From: a virus
DNA length: 64,000 bases
IMG/VR virus record: IMGVR_UViG_3300023174_000064
Span: 64,001 to 128,000 of that record
Strand: one strand, 5' to 3'
A model generated the notes under the pieces. That model worked only from the letters and a program-made list of their open reading frames with translations. It was not told where the DNA came from and did not search any database. How positions within the stretch are numbered: position 1 is the stretch's first letter; every line of letters begins with the position of its first letter. A program made the position numbers and the translations under genes. Below are positions 56,467 through 64,000 of this stretch, one piece after another.

Positions 56467-57524
56467 TATGAAAAGATCGTATTAATTTGTCGGTTCACTC
56501 GTATAAACGTAGTACACTTTGGAAGATCCTTGAGACGAGCCGCACCAACGTATGTGCAAGCAGAACGAACACCACCAAGAATTTGTTGCATCACACCAGC
56601 CACAGGGCCTGCTGGTTCAACAAACACTCGCTTTCCTTCTGCTGCACGATATGTTGCCACTCCTCCAGAACGCTTCTCCATTGCTGCTGCTGAGGACATC
56701 CCGTAGAACTCCTTGCCCTCGTCTGTCAGCTCGCCTGCTGATTCGTCTGTACCAGCAAACATTCCACCAATCATAACAAAATCTGCACCCGCTCCAAATG
56801 CCTTGGCTACATCACCAGGACAGGTACAACCACCGTCCGATATCACGTAACCACCCAATCCGTGTGCGGCATCAGCACACTCCATGATGCACGACAGTTG
56901 CGGATAGCCAACACCAGCAACCTTGCGAGTCGTGCAGACTGATCCAGGACCAATACCAATCTTTACAATATTTGCTCCTGCAAGAATCAGTGCTTCAGTC
57001 ATTTCTCGTGTCACAACATTTCCAGCAATCAGAATATGATCCGGAAACAATCCACGAATAGTACGAACATAATTCACAAACTTTTCAGTGTACCCGTTTG
57101 CCACATCAATACAAATAAATTTGATGGACTTATGCTTGTTTAGAATTCGTTCAGCCTTTTGAATTTCTTCCATGCTGGAATTCATGTCACCCATGCCCAT
57201 GGTGTACACCACATTAGGTGGCCAGTTCACATGATCCGTGATCCAACCGTACATAAAGTTGTCCCATTCGGCTTCTGTGTAATATTTGTGAATACCACAC
57301 AGTGCATTATATTCTGCTAGGCTGTCAGCCATTTGAAACGTACCAACTGTGTCCATGTTGGCAGCAACAATCGGCACACCAGTCCATTCTTGTTCCATAT
57401 TGTCTGGAAGTTTAAACGTAAACTTGCGTGCCACATCAACTTTACTGCGACTGTCAAGATTACTGCGCTTTGGGCGAATCAGAACGTCGGCAAAATCCAG
57501 CTTGATATCATCTTCAATCTTCAT
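56466..57524 (-). CDS. guaC: GMP reductase
   Basis: [49 protein letters not shown]. Confidence 0.95.
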   Translation of the reverse strand: MKIEDDIKLDFADVLIRPKRSNLDSRSKVDVARKFTFKLPDNMEQEWTGVPIVAANMDTVGTFQMADSLAEYNALCGIHKYYTEAEWDNFMYGWITDHVNWPPNVVYTMGMGDMNSSMEEIQKAERILNKHKSIKFICIDVANGYTEKFVNYVRTIRGLFPDHILIAGNVVTREMTEALILAGANIVKIGIGPGSVCTTRKVAGVGYPQLSCIMECADAAHGLGGYVISDGGCTCPGDVAKAFGAGADFVMIGGMFAGTDESAGELTDEGKEFYGMSSAAAMEKRSGGVATYRAAEGKRVFVEPAGPVAGVMQQILGGVRSACTYVGAARLKDLPKCTTFIRVNRQINTIFS

Positions 57525-57530
57525 AATAAC

Positions 57531-57559
57531 AATTTACTCCAAAAAAGTCACACAGTCAA
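57531..57559 (-). promoter_or_regulatory. Sigma70-like promoter TTGACT-17-TAAATT (guaC)
   Basis: 6 nt before the ATG. Confidence 0.55.
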
Positions 57560-57569
57560 GTAAAAAACA

Positions 57570-57809
57570 TTATTTTCCGCCAGCAGCGTAGTAACCAGAG
57601 ATGGCAGAACGCAGTTTAGTCATGATTTTTGCCAAATTACGCCAATCTTTTTGATCAAGCAGATACTCTTCGTACATACCAAGCACTTCAGCAGCAGTTT
57701 CGGCCAATTTTTGTGAAGTTTTTTCGAGAAGTTCTGATTTTTTCTCTTCAGGCATTGGTAGATCCCCTTGTGGTTCTGGTTTTTTCTTATTGGATGTCAG
57801 TTTTTTCAT
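57570..57809 (-). CDS. Hypothetical protein
   Basis: 79-aa ORF in operon. Confidence 0.6.
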   Translation of the reverse strand: MKKLTSNKKKPEPQGDLPMPEEKKSELLEKTSQKLAETAAEVLGMYEEYLLDQKDWRNLAKIMTKLRSAISGYYAAGGK

Positions 57810-58224
57810 TTCTGATCAATTTAAAAACGCGATTTGGGTAAAAACTTCTCCACTCACTAGCATCTAAGTCCCAAACTGCCATAACTCCTTGTCTATTGTA
57901 TTTAGTTGCAACCGGATCTTTATCTTGCAGAGTACATCTCATGCGTCTCATGGTTCCGTCAGTGATTTTATAAAAGAAAAGAGTGCAAACTCCTTCATTT
58001 AATTGTTCATCAATTTCGGTTGGTGAAGGATTTATTATTTCAACAGGAGTTTTATCTTTTCTTTCCTGAATTTCTGCTAAAGATTGATCAACAAACTTTA
58101 ATTCACCAATAGTTCGTAAAATTTTATTTTCACTTTTGGCAAATTTACCACTAGCATCTCGCGGTTGGAGTGCTTTTGACCACATTCCAGAAAAATCTAA
58201 TGGATTTTTTTTAAATTTTGCCAT
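57787..58224 (-). CDS. WYL_2/SH3-like beta-barrel protein with N-terminal RDASGKF motif
   Basis: F.K..DG..R.M.CTL...VWDL....WRSF; start taken at MAKFKK. Confidence 0.7.
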   Translation of the reverse strand: MAKFKKNPLDFSGMWSKALQPRDASGKFAKSENKILRTIGELKFVDQSLAEIQERKDKTPVEIINPSPTEIDEQLNEGVCTLFFYKITDGTMRRMRCTLQDKDPVATKYNRQGVMAVWDLDASEWRSFYPNRVFKLIRNEKTDIQ

Positions 58225-58225
58225 T

Positions 58226-58597
58226 TTATTCGTAAAAATCCGGATTTTTCTTTCCGTATAGCCGAATAATTTGACCTGCAGTTGCGTTTGCTTCGTTTTC
58301 GCAGTCAGAACCTGTGTCGCCATTCAGTTCTTCACCGTTCACGTTTTGTTTGTGGTGTACAAGTTCGTGTGCAAGTGATCTGGCAACATCAAAAAGTGCT
58401 CGACCTTTGGCGTAAACTTTGATATTTTTAGTGTTTGGGCAATAATTTGCCGTTGTCATGTTGCCGTCTCGTACTTGCACCAATTCAATTTTTGGTGTAT
58501 CTTGTAATTTCAGATGATCACAAGCAAATTGAACAAAATCGTCCAATTTTTCTTCCAACAACATGGTGGTTTTTAGATATTCGTTGAATCCTAACAT
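58226..58597 (-). CDS. Zincin-like metallopeptidase
   Basis: RSLAHELVHHKQ...ENEANA (HExxH...E). Confidence 0.75.
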   Translation of the reverse strand: MLGFNEYLKTTMLLEEKLDDFVQFACDHLKLQDTPKIELVQVRDGNMTTANYCPNTKNIKVYAKGRALFDVARSLAHELVHHKQNVNGEELNGDTGSDCENEANATAGQIIRLYGKKNPDFYE

Positions 58598-58605
58598 GAC
58601 TCTAG

Positions 58606-58625
58606 TATTTATAGAAAGCTAAATA
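58606..58625. promoter_or_regulatory. Divergent late promoters (TATAAATA on -, CTAAATA on +)
   Basis: Between the divergent zincin and M15 genes. Confidence 0.6.
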
Positions 58626-58630
58626 TTGGT

Positions 58631-59251
58631 ATGAAATCATTTTTACAACACCTTCAAGAACGTTCTTTATTGGCTCCCATGATGTTGTCTGCTGCAATTG
58701 GTGCAGGAACTCCTCCAGAAGAACCACCACCAACAACCACTACCACTACGACAACAAAACCCACAGAACCAAAAAAACCAAAAACAGTTACTACACAACA
58801 GTACGCAACAGATAATGCAGCAAAAAATGGTATTTTGCAATCTGAAGATTTAACTCTTGTTGGAAATTTACAAAATCCAACACCATGGAATGATAAATTT
58901 GGAGAAAAGCCGTGGTATTTTGGTAAAGCTTATTTAAATCCACAAGCAGCAAGTGCATTTAAAAGAATGGATGACGATTACTATAAAGAAACCGGAAAAC
59001 GTATAGGCATTAATAGTGCTTATAGAAGCCGACAACAGCAAGCAATGTTTGGTGGAAAATATGATGTTGCTGCTCAACCTGGGAAGTCTAGACACGGGCT
59101 AGGATTAGCGTTAGATGTTCAACCAGGAACTCCAGAATTTAATTGGATGAAATCACGAGGTGGCAATTACGGTTGGAAATGGATGAATATTAAGAATGAT
59201 GCTTGCCACTTTGGATACTGTGGAAACATGGAAGTTCCAGATAAAGATTAA
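58631..59251 (+). CDS. Peptidase M15 (VanY-like) peptidoglycan peptidase with capsid-targeting-like N-terminus
   Basis: INSAYRS..QQ, PGKSRHGLGLALDV, DACHF. Confidence 0.85.
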   Translation: MKSFLQHLQERSLLAPMMLSAAIGAGTPPEEPPPTTTTTTTTKPTEPKKPKTVTTQQYATDNAAKNGILQSEDLTLVGNLQNPTPWNDKFGEKPWYFGKAYLNPQAASAFKRMDDDYYKETGKRIGINSAYRSRQQQAMFGGKYDVAAQPGKSRHGLGLALDVQPGTPEFNWMKSRGGNYGWKWMNIKNDACHFGYCGNMEVPDKD

Positions 59252-59332
59252 TTAAATTAAATAATAATTCCACGTTGACGTAATTTAAATTTCATCCAAT
59301 CGTTGGCATTTTCAAAAACGGTTTTAACTGGT

Positions 59333-60181
59333 TCATAACTTACTTTTGCTGGTTTTTTTTACTTCTTTTCTAGCTTTTATAATTTCTTTCATGCTCATTC
59401 CTGGTATTGCAGAGTGAACAAGTTTAGAGAGCAGGGCGTCTTCTTTGGCTTGAAATTTTATATCCCCTTTTTGTTTTTTCTCTCCCTCATCATAAACACC
59501 AGATAAAGCTCGTATTGTTGCTTCCTGATCTTTAGTTTGTATTCCTAACTGTGTTAAATGTTTTCCTATGTAATATTTGCTTGTTGGTACTGTGGAAAAT
59601 CTTTTAACTCTATCTCCGTGAACTAATGTGATAACATCAATTCCTTCTCTTCTATGATGAGCCGCCAATCCCATTTTTGCTCTTTGAGTATCTTCTTTTC
59701 CTAGTGGAGTTCTAGAAGAAACTTTTCCTTCTTTTGGGGGAACAGGCTTAACTCCTTGTTGTTGTAATTCTTTAGAAAGCCGTGTGGATGAAACAAGAGC
59801 GGGTCTAGGTCCACGTGAAAGAACTCCCCCTTTTATTTCCTCTCCAGTACGTCTAAATGTGGTTGGTGAAGATCTGTCCGTTTTAGATCCAACTTCTTCA
59901 AAAGAAACGTCCAATTCTCCTTTAGCCCCAGGTCTACTAACTTTAACTACCCAACTACCAGATCCATTTTTATGTGGTATTGTGTGAGTATAATCGTGCT
60001 CATGACGATCAACATAAAAGTGCTTGTGTATATCTTTAAAAAATGCGTCTTTATTTTGTTGTGTAATTTTGTGACCTTCGTAAGAATATAATTCACCTAT
60101 TGTATCCGCAGCACCGACCATCTGTGCTTCATCACCCGATTCTCTAGAGGATAAAATAGGTTGTCTAGTTATTTTGCTCAT
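59333..60181 (-). CDS. Hypothetical protein, possibly frameshift-disrupted at both ends
   Basis: 282-aa ORF; alternative-frame extension to 59257. Confidence 0.55.
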   Translation of the reverse strand: MSKITRQPILSSRESGDEAQMVGAADTIGELYSYEGHKITQQNKDAFFKDIHKHFYVDRHEHDYTHTIPHKNGSGSWVVKVSRPGAKGELDVSFEEVGSKTDRSSPTTFRRTGEEIKGGVLSRGPRPALVSSTRLSKELQQQGVKPVPPKEGKVSSRTPLGKEDTQRAKMGLAAHHRREGIDVITLVHGDRVKRFSTVPTSKYYIGKHLTQLGIQTKDQEATIRALSGVYDEGEKKQKGDIKFQAKEDALLSKLVHSAIPGMSMKEIIKARKEVKKTSKSKL

Positions 60182-60226
60182 TTGGGTTGATTAAATACTG
60201 TTATTATAAACTGAATAAAAGCATTT

Positions 60227-61417
60227 TTATTTTTGTTGATTTGCTGGATGATCTTTACCAACAACAACTGGAGAACCAGGTTCGCTTGTTGGTCGTACAG
60301 CAAAGTTTCCTGCTTTTGCTAGATTCTTCTTACCACCTTTAATACGAAGACCAGCAATAACACCTTCATTCTCACCAATACCGTTTAGTTGTTTATCCAA
60401 ATAACGGTGATCGTGAGCGTCTGCATCAACAACTCGCCACTTCTTACCGGTAGCTTCGTCTACCACATGTGAAGGTAGAACACCACCGGGTTTTTCGCCT
60501 CTGCCAGCGTGAACAGCAAACACCATGGCAACAACTCCACCATTATTTAAATGTTGACGTGCGTGATGCCAATTGCTGTCTGGGCCTTGAATACCTGTAG
60601 AAGAAAATGTGAGATGGTAATTATCAGGAAGTTTTTTAGGAGTACCGTCTGTATTCATTACTCTGCTGGCTATCTTGGTGTAATCGTAAAATTGAGTGTT
60701 TTTGTGTTCGCTAAAAATTTCAGGATGTACGGTTTCCCAAGGAATATCAGAAACAACATTTAGACGAGCAACAGCTTTCTTACCTTGTTTGGCCATGGCC
60801 CGTTCGTGTGCGTCTAATTCATTGTGTAGTATTATACCAGCACTTTTTGCTTTAGTTACTACTCTTTCTAATTTTCTTCCCCGTGCTTCTTGACTCATGG
60901 CTCCACGGCCAGTCATGTTTAAACAAGCTTTAGCACACTCTCCGGTTGCACACGGACAAGTATTAATTAAACCGGATTGTTTTTCTGGAAGCAAAGTTAA
61001 TCCTATTGTTCCTCTGTCTGGAATTGTGGATTCTTCTTTTGCTAGTTTGGGATTTCCACCTTGTGCAGTAAATAATTTAGTTCCAGGTCTAATTCCTAAA
61101 TCTGCTCTTGCTGCTTTTTTTGCTTTTTTATCTCTCCAGAGTTTATGTGATTCACCCATGTCTGCTTTCATTGTTGCAAACGAATATTTTTTAGCTTCAG
61201 GTTGAGGAGCAGTGGACGCAAGAACTGGTAATGAGATTTGTTCGCTTAAAAATTCAATATAAGTTTCAAAAGTAATGTCTTCAAATAGTTCATCAAATAC
61301 TGATTCGGTTATTAAACGATCAGCAGTAGTTTCATAATTTTCTACTATTACATCACTAATGGTTCTGAATTGTTTTCCAATAAAACGCTCTATTAATTTT
61401 TTGCTGAATGGATTCAT
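60227..61417 (-). CDS. Gp88-like Cys-cluster protein with N-terminal extension
   Basis: NPKLAK, NTCPCATGECAKACLN, RLNVVSDIPWE, FYDYTK, NYHLTFS. Confidence 0.75.
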   Translation of the reverse strand: MNPFSKKLIERFIGKQFRTISDVIVENYETTADRLITESVFDELFEDITFETYIEFLSEQISLPVLASTAPQPEAKKYSFATMKADMGESHKLWRDKKAKKAARADLGIRPGTKLFTAQGGNPKLAKEESTIPDRGTIGLTLLPEKQSGLINTCPCATGECAKACLNMTGRGAMSQEARGRKLERVVTKAKSAGIILHNELDAHERAMAKQGKKAVARLNVVSDIPWETVHPEIFSEHKNTQFYDYTKIASRVMNTDGTPKKLPDNYHLTFSSTGIQGPDSNWHHARQHLNNGGVVAMVFAVHAGRGEKPGGVLPSHVVDEATGKKWRVVDADAHDHRYLDKQLNGIGENEGVIAGLRIKGGKKNLAKAGNFAVRPTSEPGSPVVVGKDHPANQQK

Positions 61418-61429
61418 TTTACTTTCCTG

Positions 61430-62149
61430 TTATAAACTGAGTCGTTGATCTTGTTTGGATCTGAGATATTCTGTAACTTTATCTAGGTATCCTAGATTGC
61501 GTAACTCTTTGAACACCAAGTTCTCCACCGAGAACTCGCCACCTTGTTTCAGTGCAGCTGCACGCATCTCACGGAATTTAGTTTTTAATGCTTCAAACGC
61601 TTCATCTTCCGCACTGGTACTGATTAGCGTATCAATCTTTTCCACGTACTGTTCAACTTTACGTTTGATGCCCGGATCTTTCAGATTGACTTCTTTCTTT
61701 ACCGGTTGAACCAACCACTTATCATTCTTGACACTGTACACGCCTTGATCTTTGGTGTACGCGGTATCTTTGTCTTGAGCGTACAGTTCAACGTCGTGTC
61801 CGTAAATTTTAATATCGTGGACGAGCCCCCATAGTTGTTTCTTGCCACGCAGGTACTCGTCAAGTAGTCCTTCGCATTCTGGAATCTTATCCATGTCAAC
61901 CACAACGTGCAGATCAATGTCTGAATACGGTGTGTAGTTGTAATTGGCGTTACCACCAACTAAAATAATGTCAGTGATTGCCGCAGGAGGAATCTTGGCG
62001 AATCCTGCCCAGGTTCTGGCAATCATCATCAGCTTGGCACGAACTTCAGACTTCAATTTGGTGTCATCCCAAATTTTGAGATTTAACTCGTCATGATACT
62101 GCAGTGTTAACTCTACTGCTTCTCGTAAAATGTTCCGGAAAGATTTCAT
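61430..62149 (-). CDS. Pol-beta-family nucleotidyltransferase
   Basis: DIILVGGNANYNYTPYSDIDLH, VELYAQD, GEFSVENLVFKELRN. Confidence 0.85.
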   Translation of the reverse strand: MKSFRNILREAVELTLQYHDELNLKIWDDTKLKSEVRAKLMMIARTWAGFAKIPPAAITDIILVGGNANYNYTPYSDIDLHVVVDMDKIPECEGLLDEYLRGKKQLWGLVHDIKIYGHDVELYAQDKDTAYTKDQGVYSVKNDKWLVQPVKKEVNLKDPGIKRKVEQYVEKIDTLISTSAEDEAFEALKTKFREMRAAALKQGGEFSVENLVFKELRNLGYLDKVTEYLRSKQDQRLSL

Positions 62150-62979
62150 TAGTCAATCTTGTCTGGATTGCCGTTCATGTAGTCGTGTACTGAACTAATG
62201 TAGTCTTTAGCCTTGGTGATTTTGGATTGTACCCAAGCTTCTAGTTGGGTGTCGTCCTTCATCATGCTTGCAAGCTCTTGAGCCTTTTGTGCAAGAACTT
62301 TTAGTTCACCGATAGCCATTTGACCTTCGGTGTCTCGTTCCTCGTATATTTTTGGCATACTTGGAAGTGAGCCGGTTACCGAATTGTACATCTTCTTGTT
62401 AGCGTTTAGAACACTGTTTAACAAACCGCTGCCGGTTGTTGCAGGTACTGTAGATTGTGGTGCAGGTGTGCGTATTGGGATGCTGGGTATCTTATCTTGA
62501 TAGACTGGATATTTTCCACGTATATTATCGTTTGGGTTCTCTTTATCCGGAAGAATACGGTCGTATCCAGATGTTGGTTTTGGAGTTGGAGTAGTATTAT
62601 CTTCTACTCCAATAAGGTTTCCGTCTGGACCGTAAATTGGTTTTCCTGGTTGTGCACCACCCCATGCGCCGGTTCCGGGTTTTGGTTTGCTGCCACCCCA
62701 ACTGCCGTCTCCAGGAGTTGGTGTTGGCTTGGGTTTTGGAAACCATGAAGGAAGTGGACGTTCCGGAGCGTCCTTTTTTCTTATCCATCGGTTTCGTGGT
62801 TTATAATTAAGACCTACTAATTTGCGATCATATAGTATCTCCCAACCACCGTCGTCGGTTGGTGGTTTTGACATATCACTCATTGGATCATAAAATGGGG
62901 TATATGGGGTATATGTAATTTTATCTTCACTAACAATTTTTTTCCAGGTTTCGTGTAATGCTTTGGTGATGGGATCCAT
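62149..62979 (-). CDS. Pro/Gly-rich putative internal virion protein with C-terminal LEAWVQSKITKA.DY domain
   Basis: Start taken at MDPITKALHE after the AAAGGA SD and late promoter. Confidence 0.65.
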   Translation of the reverse strand: MDPITKALHETWKKIVSEDKITYTPYTPFYDPMSDMSKPPTDDGGWEILYDRKLVGLNYKPRNRWIRKKDAPERPLPSWFPKPKPTPTPGDGSWGGSKPKPGTGAWGGAQPGKPIYGPDGNLIGVEDNTTPTPKPTSGYDRILPDKENPNDNIRGKYPVYQDKIPSIPIRTPAPQSTVPATTGSGLLNSVLNANKKMYNSVTGSLPSMPKIYEERDTEGQMAIGELKVLAQKAQELASMMKDDTQLEAWVQSKITKAKDYISSVHDYMNGNPDKID

Positions 62980-62996
62980 ATAATTTCCTTTTTTAG

Positions 62997-63004
62997 TATT
63001 TATA
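62997..63004 (-). promoter_or_regulatory. Late promoter TATAAATA
   Basis: Exact octamer heading the 62979-59333 operon. Confidence 0.75.
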
Positions 63005-63011
63005 CAAAATG

Positions 63012-63038
63012 AAAACCCCCGGATTTCTCCGAGGGTTT
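63012..63038 (-). terminator. Intrinsic terminator
   Basis: aaacccccgga tttc tccgagggttt. Confidence 0.75.
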
Positions 63039-63062
63039 CCAAAGACCTAAGAGATTACAGGA

Positions 63063-63221
63063 TCACTTGGCGGCGCAAGCACTCACAGCAGCAACCCCAG
63101 ACCACACCCAAGCAATGGTCTTTACAGCGTAGGGAAGCACAGCAAGAAACAGCGCAACTTGAAGAGGATTCTTCCAGCAGAATCCACCGCTAACCGGACA
63201 TGACTTATTATTAGTACTCAT
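63063..63221 (-). CDS. 52-aa membrane protein MSTNNKSCPVSGGFCWKNPLQVALFLAVLPYAVKTIAWVW
   Basis: Strong SD AAAGGAG; hydrophobic segment; own terminator. Confidence 0.65.
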   Translation of the reverse strand: MSTNNKSCPVSGGFCWKNPLQVALFLAVLPYAVKTIAWVWSGVAAVSACAAK

Positions 63222-63304
63222 TAGTGTCTCCTTTATAAAATGCCTTCCCGAAAGAAGGTAAGATATCTAGCAGGATTCCACTAATTTTTCCGTTTTAGGA
63301 AAAC

Positions 63305-63850
63305 TTAAAAAACCTCGTTTATAGCGTGAATAACGCCTTTTTGAATGCCAGCATTTGGAAAAACTGCATGAACTGTCTTTAAGTACGATTCTAGGTTCTG
63401 GTTACGCTGCCACGAATCTTTCTTGGTTTGTTTTCCTACACCACTTTTATCACCAGGATATACGGATATAAACAATCTGCCACCCGGCTTCAAGTGCGAT
63501 TGTGCGGCTTTCAGTACGTCAAGATGAACTTCTGGTTCTTTGATTGTGTTCAGCACGTTGAATAAAGTCACAGTGTCTGCGCCTCCGCGAGCCTTCACGG
63601 TTTCCGCCACTTTTTTATTGTGTTCTTCTGAACGATTGAACGGATCCAGCACGTGACTTTCCACTCCGTGTTTGGCTAAAAAGTTCACACCGTGATCGTA
63701 CTTGCCACCACCCAGATCCACATTAAGTGTGTCCGGCTTCCATCCAATATGTTTGGCAACAGTACTAAACCCTTTGGCCACTTGCGATTGTGAGGTTCCG
63801 GCAGATGAAAACTCTTGAGCTTCTTGTAAGTGTTGTTTAAATGTTTTCAC
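63305..63850 (-). CDS. Class I SAM methyltransferase with capsid-targeting-like N-terminus
   Basis: VDLGGGKYD, LDPFNR, ADTVTLFNVLNTI, LKPGG; GTG start. Confidence 0.8.
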   Translation of the reverse strand: MKTFKQHLQEAQEFSSAGTSQSQVAKGFSTVAKHIGWKPDTLNVDLGGGKYDHGVNFLAKHGVESHVLDPFNRSEEHNKKVAETVKARGGADTVTLFNVLNTIKEPEVHLDVLKAAQSHLKPGGRLFISVYPGDKSGVGKQTKKDSWQRNQNLESYLKTVHAVFPNAGIQKGVIHAINEVF

Positions 63851-64000
63851 GAAGGATCTCCTGGCGATTTTATTGTTCCTGCTTCTCGTAGTCGTTGCCT
63901 AATTTCAGGAGTAACTCGGTTTGAAAATGCCTGAAGTCTGCGAACCGTATTAGAATCTCCACCGTTTCTGTATAAATCTATAAATCCACGTTTATCAACT
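63847..64000 (-). CDS. 3' end of an upstream hypothetical gene
   Basis: Open frame ...RLREAGTIKSPGDPS* with GTGA overlap. Confidence 0.5.
   Translation of the reverse strand, partial: VDKRGFIDLYRNGGDSNTVRRLQAFSNRVTPEIRQRLREAGTIKSPGDPS

Noticed and set aside
1-64000. Stop-codon reassignment
   Set aside because: Core genes are full length in the standard code and no suppressor tRNA is seen

Overview
This 64-kb window comes from a T4-like myophage (AT-rich, standard genetic code, mostly minus strand). It holds a replication/recombination block (regA, gp62, gp44, gp45, rnh, gp46, gp47, gp55, uvsW, uvsY). It also holds the head, neck and tail block (gp3, 23, 22, 21, 20, 19, 18, 17, 16, 15, 14, 13), the baseplate and fibre genes (gp7-like, gp6, gp25, hub, gp53, gp48, gp4, gp54, gp26-51), and gp32/gp33. 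The accessory region (about 42.8-64 kb) carries 7 tRNAs, a SpoU/TrmH methyltransferase, UvsE, GuaC, a deaminase and a PEP-CTERM-like protein. The PEP-CTERM tail and the tRNA set suggest a GC-rich host, possibly a planctomycete (inference). The most notable candidates are: (1) stand-alone enzymes (ART-like, zincin, M15 peptidase, Gp88-like, nucleotidyltransferase, methyltransferase) that share an N-terminal peptide resembling the T4 capsid-targeting sequence, i.e. a probable packaged and injected toolkit; (2) a pervasive G-x-[T/S/C] motif in virion proteins, a candidate modification sequon; (3) a giant Cys-rich RCC1-like protein, plus two paralogous Cys-motif partner genes each downstream of a giant gene; (4) an H-type pseudoknot leader on an HTH gene; (5) a gp53-RCC1 fusion, a gp26-gp51 fusion across a T10 run, a perfect antisense sigma70 promoter at gp55, and widespread leaderless promoter geometry. 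All calls come from motif recognition by eye; no database searches were run.
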